DNA from: Octopus sinensis
Taxonomy: Eukaryota
Direction: 5' to 3'
NCBI RefSeq assembly: GCF_006345805.1
Contig: NC_043005.1
Coordinates: forward strand, 14,198,001 to 14,262,000
DNA length: 64,000 nt
Part shown: piece by piece, positions 24,454 to 38,229 of the stretch
How positions within the stretch are numbered: the stretch's first letter is position 1
Layout of the letters: every line of letters begins with the position of its first letter
Program-made: the position numbers and the translations under genes
The notes under the pieces: model-generated
The model's database searches: none
The model's input: the letters and a program-made list of their open reading frames with translations, nothing else
What the model was told of the DNA's origin: nothing

Positions 24454-26632
24454 AACTAATTTATGTTTTACCTGTGTGCCATAAAGGAATGTAATTCAAT
24501 GCACAAATGCATGCCAATACACACACACACACACACAAGTATATATACATAAAATCTAAAACATATATACACACACACACTGCATATAATGTACATACAC
24601 ACATGTACATATTGTACCATCGTAGTTTTTGAAAGAACATTCAGTAATGAGTCTTGTAGACTAACAAGCAGTAAGTTAATCAGAGAACAGAAATGGATCA
24701 CAGACATCACCAATTGAAATCAAGCCCAAATTACCTACCTAACCCAAAAATACATTGGAAACAACATACACACAGAATGGTGGGTAGGCAGCTTCCAGCA
24801 GAAAGGTTATCAAAATAGATACATTTCAACGAGAATAAGGTTTTTACTGAAGTGGCTTACATTTCAACTTGCAGATCATTACACACATCTTTAAATTATT
24901 TGGCAGACTCAGTAGTTACTCTGAGTCAGCTAAAGTGTCTAGTGGTGCTTAATTGTGTTCATTCAAATTCAGAGTTCAAATCCTACCAAGAATTACTTTG
25001 TCTTTTATGTGTCTACAGTTGCTAAAATTAGCACCAATCAAGTGCAGAGGATTTATCTTAATCAACAATTTTTCTCAAAATGTATGGCTACAGTAGAATT
25101 AATAGAGTAACACACAAAGTGCCTCACAGTATTTAGCTGTGTAGCTTTAAAAGTTTTTTGAGTTCAAATCTAGCAATGGTCAACTTTTTCATCCTTCTGA
25201 GCTTGATAAGTACCAATGAGTACTGATGACCGAAGCAACTATATCCATTCTCACATTTGCTCACAAGATTCATTAAGTAAATGGTATTTCATCAATCAAC
25301 AGTAATCTTTCCTTTATCTTTATCATTTTACATCTGCTTTCCATACTGGCACGATTGATTAGACAGGCTGTCACAGTCCAAATCAGTTCTTGTTCAGAGT
25401 TACTGTTCTCCTACACAAGCTGGATGATAGCATCTTGCTTGTATATTCCATCCTTGGCAGGGTTTCTATGACTGGCTGCCCTCCCTAACACATGGTTAAG
25501 TGCATTTTACAGTGGCACCAGCACTATATGCAACTGTTTGCATCAAGGACTTGATGAGAAATCCATTATCCAGTCATTCACCAACCACTTTACACCATGA
25601 TTAGGTGCATTTTATTCCTGGAACCAGTACCAGAAAGAGAGAAAGAGCAAGGCAGAATGAGAGAGAGAGAAGTTTCCTTGTCGTCTGCAAGATTAAATAG
25701 CTTTATCTTTTCTATGTTACCTCCATTCTTTCAAAGCAAACACGACAGAGGGTGAATAGAATAAAGAGTGATGACTTAAGGTGAAACAAGAAGGTGTTAT
25801 GAGTGTGAAACAAAGTGATAATGGTTACTTTGTTCCATGTAAGATACAAGACACCTTTCTATATAGTCTCTGTTCTTTCTAGACAAACATGAATGAGAAT
25901 GGGAACAGAAGTGATGGCCAAGAGAGTCAGAGCAGAGAAAGTTAGAGTATGATGGAGAGAAGTAAAGTGACAAGATAATAGGGGAGGGAGCAATAGAAGA
26001 GAGACAGTGATAGCTAGATGCTGGTTGTTGGTAGGATGTTGAACAGAAAGAGCAATCCAAATATATCATAGCAGGAAGGAGTGTGTGTAGTATAGCAGTA
26101 GAAATGGGTTAAAGAGTGGTAGATGTCAACTGAGAGTCTCACAGAAAATGGTTTTTAATAATAATAAAGGGTGCCAGTAGAGGCAGATAAACATATCTGA
26201 TGCCATCCCTCATTGCACAAATACCAAACACCTGTGATAGAATTGATGTAGAGTGATAGGGAGGTGATGGTAAGAGAGAAGGGCAGTGATAATGATAATG
26301 GGTGATGATGTTAGGGTCAAATACAGACAAATTAGATGGCCTCCCAAATTATTCAGGTAGCATGGTACAATGAAAAGAATAATCAGATAGATGAGAGGAA
26401 ATAGATAGGGAAATAGAAGGAAACTTGACAAAAGAATACTGAGTAAGACAGCCAATGATATATTTTACATCCCAACCTTAATCACTACTACTATTTTAAG
26501 AACCATTTATTTTTTTCTTACATGCACCAGTGGGTCTTTTTCAGGACTATAAACTGTCAGTTATCTCAGTATCATATCATTCATGAAGTTCAGTTTATCA
26601 GTTTTACTATTTCATAGGTGCTCAGTACTTCA

Positions 26633-26831
26633 TTAACCCTTTAGTGTTCACATTATTCTACCAAAATTAATGCTTTTTCATCCACATTGTTTTGAACTAA
26701 TCATTCATTATTTTGTAGCTATGAGATTTTCATGAGGAAGCTGTTAATTTTTAAAACGACATAGTAGGGTCGGTGTGAGATGTCAGAATACTTTTGGCCG
26801 GATATGGCCGGTTTAAATGCTAAAGGGTTAA
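26633..26831. mobile_element. piggyBac-like MITE, family 1
   Basis: TTAA-CCCTTTAGTGTT ... AATGCTAAAGGG-TTAA. Confidence 0.8.
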
Positions 26832-27419
26832 ACCACTAACATCCTCTTTGCACATACCAGTGCTTCTAATTTCTCAAGTACATAGTTGTGATTACTCTGG
26901 AATACCCAAACATTTTAAAATGCAACTTCTACATCTGATCATGAATTAAATAAAGAATGTTTTTTTCTGTACTGTACTGTACTACACAAACAGAGGTTAG
27001 CAGTGGTGGGAAGGTTATGTCTGAGTTTTGAAAAATATAATGCACTAGCTATCAATAAATAATTACCGCTCCAAGGACTCTAGATTCAATATACATAGCT
27101 TTAATAAATGGAGTATTTTTTGCTTTTTCTTTATTTGCATTTCATTAGAAAGATGTCTGCAAACGTTTTGCTGAAGAGTTGAAGGTACTTTTAATTTTGA
27201 ATACTGCATTAGCTCACCAATGTGGACACTAAATTATCAGTAATGATGGTAAAATTAAATTCATGTTATTGCAACCCATTGATGACCCAATCAAAGGAAC
27301 AAAAAGTAATTGTAGTCTGCAAGAAATTATACCTGTGAAGGTATCTAATAGAAAAGGATGGTCTTAAGAAAGACACACAGGAACAAAGAATTGTCAGTAA
27401 CATCAAGAACTACAGCCTC

Positions 27420-27720
27420 AATATTCAATTTAGAAGCTTTCTGGAAAGCAGTCCCTGGAAAAAACTTCTGAACAATGTTAAGGTAAAATACATTTTGAAG
27501 GATTTGAAAGAAGGCATTTCAGCATGATCAAGCCTAAACCTGTGCCAAAAGAAGCACTTGGCTCTTCTGCTCATTCCTTTAATGTCCATAGTATAAAGAT
27601 CCATGGGTTGTAATCAGGACAAAGCCTGTAAACTCTCACCTGCCAACCTCCACAGGTAAACACCTTGTTCCTTAGCCATTCTTGCAATAGTCTTCATACA
27701 CAAACATATACAGAGAAAAA
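27420..27720 (-). pseudogene. Possible Tc1/mariner-superfamily transposase C-terminal remnant
   Basis: Minus strand contains an SPDYNP-like motif (TGTCCTGATTACAACCCATGG). Very degraded. Confidence 0.35.
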
Positions 27721-27984
27721 ATAGACAAGTTTGACCAGAATATCCTTACATTGCCAAATGAGTTATTCCTTTATTTCAGATAAAAGAGTAAGACTTGAAT
27801 GAAATTTACCTGCCATTTCTGAGCAGTTGAAAGCATAAAGACGTACATACATACATATGTATGTATGTATGAGCATGGCCTAAGGTGCTGCATTCACTGT
27901 AGCAAGATCGTGGTTTCAATTCCCGAACTGGATAGTGCAGTGTATCATAAGGCTCAGCATTTTGAGATCAGTCATCAATACTTC

Positions 27985-28270
27985 ATCCCATCCTCCTGGG
28001 TCTCCATTTCCACAGCTTGCCTCCTCTTTCAGTGGTCAGCACTCGTTTATGCAAATGTCCCCTTCCATCCGCATCACATGACCAAACCAGCACAGTCTCT
28101 TCTCTTGTACGCTGCATATATTTCCTCTTATGCCCAACTTCTCTCTCAATACACAAAGTACTTTGCCACACATGCACACTGACATCACACATCTAGCAGA
28201 GCATACCAGCTTTGTTCCTATCCAGTCTTTGCATGTCCTCCACATTCAGGGCCCCCACATCTCACTACTG
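27985..28270 (-). mobile_element. RTE-type LINE 3' ORF remnant
   Basis: LREKLGIRGNICSVQEKRLCWFGHVMRMEGD matches the RLRWFGHVxRM motif at the C-terminus of RTE-clade ORFs. Confidence 0.8.
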
Positions 28271-29299
28271 TGCAACACTGTAATTCATACACATGCATCA
28301 TACAATCTTCCCTTTACTCAGAGAGAGAGAGAGGGGCATTTGGTTGCCAACAGAGGTAAAAGCTCTCAACTTTCTCCATCTTATTCTCTATATATATCAT
28401 CATCATCATCACCGTTTAACGTCCACTTTCCATGCTAGCATGGGTTGGATGATTTTGACTGAGGGCTGGTGAACCAGATGGTTGCACCAGGCTCCAATCT
28501 TGATCTGGCAGATATGTATAACCATTTTCATATCCACTTTTCCATGCTTGCAGAGATCAAGTAGAATTCAATGAAGCAGCTTTTCTACAGTTGGAAGCAT
28601 TTCCTAATGAAAACCCTCTTTCTTTCCAAGCAAGGTACTATTTCCTCATGACCAAACATGTTTTCACAGAAGATTGGAAACAAATGACACTGCTTGTATG
28701 ACAGTGACACTCATTTACAACTACCATGTGATGTCAAGATAAGAAGGCATGCACACACACATGATGATGATGAATTATATTTCATCATGTCATGCTAAAA
28801 AGCAGCACACAGTACCAGATGAGATATACATATATACAATGGGTTTCTTTTATTTTCATCTACCAAATCGTTTCACAAGGCTTTAATCAGCCAGAGATAT
28901 AGCTGAAGACACTTGCTCAAGATAGCAGGCAGTGGAACTGAACTCAAAAGTATGCTGTTGGGAAACTAACTTCTTAACCCATACCTGTGCCCATGTGTGT
29001 ATGTGTGTGTAAATATGCAGTGCCGTGCCCTAGCATGGCTGCAGTCCAATGACTGTAACAATATATATATATATATATCCTAGCACATATATATATGTAT
29101 ACATATGGTAGCACATATATACACATACATCTCCAGACATAGATGTGTACATATACATTTTTACATATATACATACATATTCATAGCAACAAAGTGTGTG
29201 TGTGTGCATATATACATACATATATATATATATATATATAAAATATATATATATATTTGTTTTTTTTTAAGATAGTTTTATTGTTTTAGCTTTTACGAA

Positions 29300-30267
29300 T
29301 AAAGCTTGCTGTAGTAGCACCGCCTCCCGTGTGCGTATGTATGTGTAAAATACTCAAGTGCTGCTGTTCATGAGAGTGGTGACGTAAGGAACACAAAATA
29401 AATCTTCCTTGGGATAAATTTACAGACTAAAAATTTGACATTCCTTGTCATCGACATTGCAATATGTGAGCTGCTTCGGCACCTCCTCACTTTTTTTAAC
29501 CCATCAATTTCCCCACCCCTCCCGTTTTTTTTTATTTTATTTTATTCTATTTTTTGTTTATACATCTGTAAATTGGTCGAAAGGAAGAAAAATGTGAAGG
29601 ACGATGACCATTTGCTAGCCATCCGGTCAGTATGTATATAATATCATCCTCCTACACAGTGGGAATTGAGAAACGTGAGCAAAGCTATTTCTGACATAAG
29701 AAAACTAGCAGGGTGGCGGAGGTGGGGGGGTACAAAGCGAAGTGGTTAGGCAAATGATTAAAATATTTCAATAATGTAATCAGATTATTATAATAATAAA
29801 ATTTGGGGCAAATGCCAGGCTTTTTGATTTTTGATCTTTTTTTTTTTTTTTTCCTTTTTCGCAGGAATAAAAAACAGTCGATGGAATTCATTCCAGTATC
29901 TTATAAAATAATACCAAAAAAAAAAATACTAATAATTTTTAAAAAATGAACCTTTACTACAGTTCTTCAGTTTGTATTTGACATCACGAGTGAGACTTGC
30001 AGGGGCACCGCCTTCGAGCAATAAACTGCAGAAACTCACAATAAACAGACCGAAGAACTAAGCACCATAACGTCTGGCAGAGAGAGAGAAAGAGCGAGAG
30101 AGACTTTATCCCTTCAACATTGACAATGACTTTCATAACTACGAAATAGCGAAAAATTAAAGAACATCGTTTTTTTTTTTTTTCTAATGTCTGTTAACCT
30201 CACCTAACATACACGCACATATATATATACCTACACACGTGTGTGGAGACACACATCTCTCTCTCTC

Positions 30268-30305
<38 letters not shown>

Positions 30306-30679
30306 AATGTGTTTTCGCTAATACTAATTGTGAGCTAACTCGTTACTTGACACTAATAATTTTCTACGCCGACAGCTGAAGTCATATGACACAATCAGAT
30401 AAAACCGTTTTCCTCTCTGGTGCAGCAAAAAAAAACAAGTAAAACTAAATAAAAAAACATAGTGATGAAGGAAAGGAGGAGGTGGTAAGAAAACGGATAT
30501 AAAAATATCTAAAAAAAAAAGAAAAAAGAAAGTTAACGATTAAATAAAAATTTCTAGAGAAAACACAAAAGAGAATTTGCGCCGTTGCCTCCCCCAAATG
30601 ATGCAGCGAAGTAGAGATTACCATACTAAAACGAATACGAAGGAATGCTCCAGTGCGCCACGAATTCCTTCAGATTATA

Positions 30680-30716
<37 letters not shown>

Positions 30717-30927
30717 AATTAAATGAACAACACACAGACACACACAAGGAGGGGTTTCGAGCACCGCGCTGGAAATTATCAAACGATAATTACTGAAATC
30801 ATTTACGAAATGATAACCAAAAACATTAACGAACTGCAAACAAATTTTGGAGAATAAAATTCAAAACCAGACACACGCATTATGTCCGTATACAAATGTG
30901 TGCGTGTGTGTGTACAGGGGTATGCAC

Positions 30928-30978
<51 letters not shown>

Positions 30979-31133
30979 AAATCATTTTACCTTTGCCCAT
31001 ATAATACAGTAAATGAATTGATTGCATCACAATCATTAACATTTATGTATTAACTTTGTTGGGTACTTCACTAGCAGTATATTGGATATACGTTATCCCA
31101 TAGAGGCTTGCATTTACAACCCCTATCTCAATT

Positions 31134-31177
<44 letters not shown>

Positions 31178-31445
31178 TACAGACATGCTGTGTCTAAGTA
31201 GAAACTACGCCACATCACGGAAGACAATATTTTCGCGGGTTTTGCCAGATAATATTTATTCATTTATTTATTTATATATATATAAGAATTAATTATTATG
31301 AGGAAAGGGGAAAGCGATTGTATATTCTTGTCAAGCAGAAAAGCACGGATTTAGAAGCACATTCTTGTACATAGATACTTATCGCTTAACGCAGACAAAT
31401 GTTAACACACACACACACGTAATCATAAGCAACTATTTGTTGAAT

Positions 31446-31479
<34 letters not shown>

Positions 31480-31506
31480 CATAAAAATATACACGCACAC
31501 ACACAC

Positions 31507-31541
<35 letters not shown>

Positions 31542-31900
31542 CATAAAAATATACACACACACACACACACACATATATATAAAATTAATACATATTACCG
31601 TACATAATATAGTCATATATATATAAATACATATAAATATATACATATATACACATAATTAACACGCCTATAAAAAAATAAACATATATATATACACACA
31701 CACAGAGGATGGTATACACATTTCGTAAGCACAATATCGATATAAATATATTTATAATATATATGATGTAACATCCACTTATATAATACACATGCACACA
31801 AACACGCCATATATATATATATAGCTAAGGTACCTGACAATTTTAACTGGCTTATAGCAGGTTTTTACTCGCTGCTTTTTGTATGTCATCATATTTATAT
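29300..31900 (-). promoter_or_regulatory. CpG-retaining, repeat-poor island; candidate internal promoter or 5' region
   Basis: Qualitatively many more CpGs than the flanks and no recognisable SINEs, resembling the region around the PIP4K2 first exon. Contains a strong minus-strand acceptor (long CT tract + CAG) and a GTGAGT donor bracketing 30040-30073. Strand assignment is tentative. Confidence 0.4.
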
Positions 31901-32691
31901 TTGTTTTTATTGTAATGCAATTGATATATTGCAGTTTTCCATGTGTGAAACTTTAGAAACTGTTTATTAATAATTATAAGCTGGCAACTCAAGAAAACAC
32001 AGTTTAACTTTTGTTTTCGTTGTAATTCTAAATTGATGCGAAATGCATAAAGCAGAAGTAATTCTAAGAGAAATAGGTTTTATTCGAAAGAGCTGTGGAG
32101 TAAACATTTCTTGTTCTGTAGTTTGATGCTCTAAAGAAAAAAAATTATCCACTTGGCCTAACATGTGAGTATGTAACATAAAACTGATCATGAGAGAAAC
32201 AGAGACTTGTTAGTCCAACTCCAGCAATCCTGAGAGAACTGCTCTTTAAATGTGTTGTGATTGGTCATGGAAAAAGATTGTCTCTAAAAACTGAAGGCAA
32301 TTAAACTAAAATAGCAATGTATGAGATGAAAATAGGCGAATGCATTGAATGAAAACATCTCTTTTCCTTGGCACAGCCAGTCATATCGGTGACTTCAGTT
32401 GCATGAGGCATGGATTTCAATAGTTAGTCTTGTGCTACAACTGAAGTAAAAGGTTTACAAACAGGATTGTTGGCACACTTTTGTTATGTGTAAACTCTCA
32501 TACGAGGAGAATGATGAAGTTTTTCCTCTCCAAACATACGAATCTTCAAGGCATGCTCTCAACTCATGAGCTGGTGTCACTTAAAGGAAGACTGTCAGAG
32601 TTTGCTTGGAATCACCAGAGAACAAAACTGTGAAACATCATGCATTCATCTGATATTTTCAACTTATTCTGCTTCAGAATCTGCAAGGCGG

Positions 32692-32900
32692 CGATCTGGC
32701 AGAAACATTAGCACACCGGGTGAAATGCTTTGTGGCATTTCATCCACAGCTGCATTCTGAGTTCAAGTCCCGCCGAGGTCGACTTTGCCTTTCATCCTTT
32801 CGGGGTCGATAAACTAAGTACCAGTTATGCACTGGGGTCGATGTAATCGACTTAATCCGTTTGTCCTTGTTTGTCCCCTTGTGGGCAATAAAGAAATAAG
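32692..32900 (+). mobile_element. SINE family A
   Basis: GGCGATCTGGCAGAAACATTAGC head, GAGTTCAAGTCCC B-box-like motif and GGGCAATAAAGAAATA tail. Confidence 0.85.
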
Positions 32901-33339
32901 AATCTGTACTTGTTTCACTCCTTTGCTAATATTGCACAAAGGACTATAACTGTGTACACGGTTTGGGATGCAGTTTAAAAGCAGACTGGGCAGTGCTGTC
33001 ACCTGTGAGCAAAGCAGCAGCTGTTTCAAAGGCTTTCAATGAATGAAACTTTCAGCCAAAATTTGGTTTATTAAAAACCTTCGCCCGTTCCACCAGAAGT
33101 GTGGCTGTGTAATTAAGAAGTTCACTTTCCGACTATATAGTTTTGGGTTCAACGTCTTCTACTACAGCCCCAGGTTGACCAAAACCTTGTGAATGAATTT
33201 GGTAGATGGAAACTGAAAGAAGTCCATCATATACATGTGAGTGTGAGAGAAAGAGAAAGAGAGAGTGTGTGTGTGTGTGTGTGTATGCACGCATGTGTTT
33301 TGTGTGTATTTATGCTTATACTACAAAAGTTACAAGTGA

Positions 33340-33980
33340 TGAGCAGTGTTGCAGTCATTTCTTCAGTCAACAAATCATTCACTAGCTTTGCACCTTCAAA
33401 AGATCTACTGCTTGGAAACTGATAAGGGTGAGCAAAAGGTAGAGCATCCATTTGAAAAACATACCTCAGTCAAATGTCACCAATTATTTGACCCTTTTAC
33501 TTTCTTATTTTAACCAAGAATGGCTCATTTTGGTAGACATACTGTTCTACTGTTGACAGTCAAAGATAATTACCTAAAGAATCTATGAGAGTTGCACCTG
33601 CAGTTTGTACTGGAGCTACTTGTCTGCAATATGCAGTATTTTCAATGAAGATCAATACTTGGTTGTACATGTTAGACAAACTTTAAATGCACATTTTTTG
33701 ACTCTTGTATTTCACAGGTACTTCTTTTATGCCACCCTGATGATTATGCCAAAGTTGCTGAAAACTGGATGATGAACAAACATAACAAACATGCTCCTCG
33801 TTTTGCTGTGGAATACGAGACTGCAGCCTCTTCTAAGGTACTATTTCAGTCTACTTTATGTCCACGCACGAGGCATCTTCTCTAGCAAGCTTTGCAGAAT
33901 TTTCCAAACTTATCAAGAACTGTTTTGAGGTCCTGGAATGATGTCAGACCATGAATATTGAGCAGGAGGCACTTGAAAAT
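33340..33980 (-). pseudogene. Helitron RepHel transposase remnant
   Basis: Minus strand FKCLLLNIHGLTSFQDLKTV...FCKAC*RRCL...*NSTLEEAAVS matches the conserved RepHel segment LRxLLxxVxGPTSFxDLRTV...FREACxxRGLL...WxxTLxEAA. In-frame stops present. Confidence 0.75.
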
Positions 33981-34309
33981 TAAATAGGCTATAAAAGTTC
34001 CTCATTTAAAAACCCTACCTTCAAAATGTTATAATGTATATTTTCACTGTTACAACTGAGCCATGAATGCATGGAAAAGTAGATGCTAAAACAATGATGC
34101 TGTTTACACTTAAATTTGGCTACACTTCTAAAAATATCCAGGTATTATACTCTAAAAACAAGACAGTTAATTTTTATAAAATGCGAAATAATATTCAAAC
34201 ATTAATGAAAGTTAAAAGTCAGATTTATAGAACATTACACCTAAATGTTTTAGAAGCAAATTTCAATGAAAGAAGTTGTTTTCTATCTTCCATGATATTT
34301 GAAACTGTG

Positions 34310-34832
34310 TACAGTAAATCCTCGAGTATAATCTGCATTTTTTCCCCAAAATTTAAAGGTCAAAATCCCTAGTGCGTACTATATACAAGGTTAAAAATGA
34401 AAGATATTTTCTAAGCAATGTCCGAGTCTCTATTTGCTGTCCGGCAATGTTTATTCAGAGCATTTTGTGATGTAAGGCATGAAAATACCTTAAGCTAAGC
34501 CTGAAAGCAATGAAGTCATAAAGGGATCATCCATAACTTGCAGTAAGCAACATTTATTAAAATAAAAGTATTCAGAACACAGAATAACATGTAACAAAAA
34601 CAATTTGCAAACATTTACATTCCCATATAACAGTTAAGAACATCACCATTATTGTATTACACATGTGTGGAAGTGTTTGTTCGACTAGGTGCTGGTGGTT
34701 TAATTACGCACGACTCAAGTTAGAGAAGGGGTGCGTATTATACACAAGGTTCAGGTTTTTCAGAAGTACAGCCCCCTAAAAATCCCCTGCATATTATACT
34801 CAAGGGTGGACTATAATCAATGATTTACGGTA
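34310..34832. mobile_element. pogo/Tigger-like MITE (~520 bp)
   Basis: TA-CAGTAAATCCTCGAGTATAATC ... GACTATAATCAATGATTTACGG-TA: imperfect TIRs with TA duplication. Confidence 0.75.
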
Positions 34833-36059
34833 CTAACTTTTCAATATGGAATTCTAATAACAGCGTTCTAGATATACATTATACTAGCATGTGTGTATAT
34901 ATAATTAAAGAGAAAGAATGAGAGAGATTAAAGACTGATGGAGAAAGAAAAATTTATCCACACACACGCATGTATGTGTGTGTGTGTAAGTAGACATGCA
35001 CAATGAGATCAGCAATAAATTTAGTATGCAGATCGTAGGCCATCAGGGCTCAGTCATGAACCTCTCTAAAGACCTATACTGGAAATATTTACAGTTCTAA
35101 GAAACAGTTAGATCTAGTAACATTTTTAGCTGATGCAGAGATGAAATAAGGCTCCACAAAAAAATGTACATTTTTGATCATTGAAAAACTATTTCCCAAA
35201 CACACAACCTTTATTCTCTCTTTCTCTCCCCACCCCTTCCTAGATGACTGCTACAAATATACTTAAGTAATGAAGAAAAGGTTTCACGCAAAATGTGTTG
35301 TGAACAAAGAATGGTCTAAGAATATATTAAGCTTGAGAAAAATATAGCATTCAGTTTCACCTCTTGTAATAAGTTAATACTTTACAATGCATTTACAGTC
35401 CCAGCAGTGGCACCAACATTTGTAATGTTTGTCTATAGAAGAAATTTCCTCGCTACATATTAAAGGCAGTGATATCTGGAATCTTCCACTGAAATAATGA
35501 TACTGACAGCACCAAAAATAAATAAATTAGCCAAATGCTTAAACGTGATGAGAACAACATTCTACAAGTCAGCAGTGAACTCAAGAAGAATTCACATCCA
35601 GATGGCCTTCCATGCAACCCCAGAATTACTGGACTATCGTCATTCAAAGTCCGTTTTCCATTCTGGCATGGATTAGGCAATTTAACCAGAGCTGGTAAGG
35701 CCAGGGGCTGCACCAGGTCCCATTATCTGTTCTGGCATGCCCTTCCTAATGCCAACCACTCCAAAGAGTGTGCAGGGTGTTTTTTTATGTGGCACCAGCA
35801 CCGGTATCAATTCTGCTGTGGTGGTCAGGTCTTCTTGAGTACAACAAGGCACCAGATGTCTTGTTCCATTGTCATCTTTGTAAGGCTCAGTGTCTTGAGA
35901 TTGCTCTTCAATACTTCATCCAGGTCTTCCTGGGTCTCCCTCTTCCATAAGTTCCAGACACTTTAAGTGATTGGCATTTCTATTTGCAACTACCTAGTGT
36001 ACCCCAAATAAGAAGAGGAAGAGAAACATTTTACATGCCAAAAAAGGTCATGTATGACA

Positions 36060-37120
36060 GAAGGATAGTCTCTCTAGAATTTACATGAGATACATAATGT
36101 CATATTTCAGAGGTTATGCTTTTGCAATCAAAGAACAGGAGAAAGCTACAAAATACTTAATGAGCAAAAGAAGCTCTTAAACTGCATGATGCAAAAGAAA
36201 ATATTGATGATATCAAATTCTCTGGAAGATATCACACAAGTGATCAGCAGCTGTTCAATAATGTCACTGAGGTACTATCTTCCAATACGGCATGATGAGG
36301 TTGCAGAAACAAAACAAAATTCATAGGAAAGACTGCCCTGGGGTAAATAGAAAATATTTCTATTGTTGAAATAAATACATGTAAACACAAGGAATATTGG
36401 TGAAACATTACCATAGAAATTTCTGTCAAGTGCAAACATGGGAGATCCCCTTCGGTCATGAATGACCATGGGATTGCACCTAGAAAGTTACCCTCCGAGG
36501 TACAAGTCCGGGCAAGGTTGTTTATGGAAGGCCAGCAGTCGCCCATGCATACCAGCCGCCCCTTTCCACACCACTGATGTTATCCAAGGGAAAGGCAAAG
36601 GCCGATACAGCTTGGCACCAGTGGTGTTGCAACTCATTCTACAGCTGAGTTAACTGGAGGAACGTGAAATAAAGTGTCTTGCTCAAGAACACAACAGGCA
36701 GCCCAGTTCGGGAATCGAACTCACAACCTCACAATCGTAAGCTCGATGCTCTAACCACTGAGCCATGCGCCTTCACAAGTGCAAACATAACATGCTCAAT
36801 ATAGTTGTTTGAACAGAAAATAATTATATACTGTTTTAGAAGTCAACTGCCCTGAAGATGCGAAAATTTATTTCAAAATCAGTGAGAAAAGTCTATTTGC
36901 AGACAACTGCATAGAAAGCTACAGTTTCTCAACCAAGTGTTAAAATTCTTTTATACCTATGATTATCAGTGCACTTAGCTACATTAGCAAATGTTTAAGT
37001 GCCAATCTTGAAGAGTTGAGATTTTCAGGTCAAGAAAGTAACAGCCAAAATGTATTTTAGAAATACAATCTGCAAACAGAATAGTAAAAGGGAGCAAGAC
37101 TTTTCACTATTGTTGTTATT
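36060..37120 (+). mobile_element. Decayed R4/Dong-like (REL endonuclease) LINE 3' region, split by a SINE
   Basis: Fragments RGYAFAIKEQEKATKYLMSKR, LHDAKENIDDI, CKHN and LEVNCPEDAKIYFKISEK resemble the CCHC + PD-(D/E)xK C-terminus of R2-group elements. Confidence 0.6.
36440..36775 (-). mobile_element. tRNA-derived SINE, family D, full length with 13-bp TSD
   Basis: Head GGCGCATGGCTCAGTGGTTAGAGC...GAGTTCGATTCCC and TTGAGCAAGACACTTTATTTCAC motif. Exact TSD CAAGTGCAAACAT at 36427-36439 and 36776-36788. Confidence 0.9.
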
Positions 37121-38229
37121 CAAATTCCAGTAATAGAGCAAGGTGTGTTTCTTTGTTAGAAATAAGTGCCTTCTCTACGGGAAGGATTGAAATAAAAAAT
37201 GGTAACATGCATATATGCATACTTACAGATGTATATATACAATCATGCATAAATATGTTTGTACATACAAAGGTGGCAAATTGAGAGTCATGGATAACAT
37301 TCATTCCAGCTCACTGCATTCAGAGTTCAAATCCCATAGAGGTCCGATTTGTCTACCATCCCTTCAGAGTTGTTAAAAAAATCGCCAACCCAATACTGGG
37401 ATAAATTTTTTTTCTCTCTGAAAGAAACTGACTGTGGTTAAGACTTTGGTAGGGATTGGCTCCAAAAGATCTAAAATGTCTAAAACAGATTATATATTAT
37501 GATGGCACTCCTACAATTTCTTATGAAGCTGAAGGCCCAAGGAAGGAAAGACACATGTGTGTATGTATACACACACACATCGAACATGTGTGTATATTTG
37601 TATGTACATACATCCATACATGAATGCATGGATACATAGGTGAAGGCATGATTGTGTGGAAAAGATCACTTCCAAACCATATGGTTTGGGGTTCAGTCCC
37701 AAACCCCAGTCCAGTGGACACTGGATGCTGTTGGTGGGTGTCCTATATTCTAGCTGCAGGTCAACTTATTATAATTTTGTGAGTGAAATTGATAGATGGA
37801 ACTGAAGAAGCTCATCATGTGTGATCGTGCATTCATACTTCCTTTTATCTTCATATGTTTGCTGGTTGTAGACAAAAGTTTCACAGTCCACAGGTGTTGT
37901 TTGCTTGCAGTCTACTACAAAAGCACATACAGGCACCTTGACATGTCTGAACACTGCACAATGTTTGTAAGAAAGGTGCATTCAAATAGTGTGATGTTTT
38001 CAGTTCTTTGTGTTACCATGTCCAAGCTGTTTACTGCTCAATACACTGGGAGATTATTACCTTGCTTGGAAACAGGTGAAGTCTGACAACAGGAAGGGCA
38101 TCCAGCTGTAAAAAAAAACTCTGCCCTAACATAGTCTTGTCTGACCCATACAAACATGAAAAAAGTAAATGATAATCAAAGATAAAGATATGTGTGTGTA
38201 CACATGCATAAATGTATGTGTGTGTATTA

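Noticed and set aside
25790-26460. Purine-rich stretch possibly from an old L2/CR1 LINE on the minus strand (similar at ~62420-63420)
   Set aside because: Too degraded to show a diagnostic motif, so not called as a feature.
30590-30690. Faint resemblance to U6 snRNA or a C/D snoRNA
   Set aside because: Only scattered short matches; no ACAGAGA box and no proper C/D box pair.
33718-33837. Apparent 120-nt plus-strand exon (TTTCACAG|...AAG|GTACTA; VLLLCHPDDYAKVAENW...)
   Set aside because: It is the antisense of a recognisable Helitron RepHel remnant, and the peptide matches nothing I recognise. The splice-like signals are probably coincidental, although exonisation cannot be excluded without RNA data.
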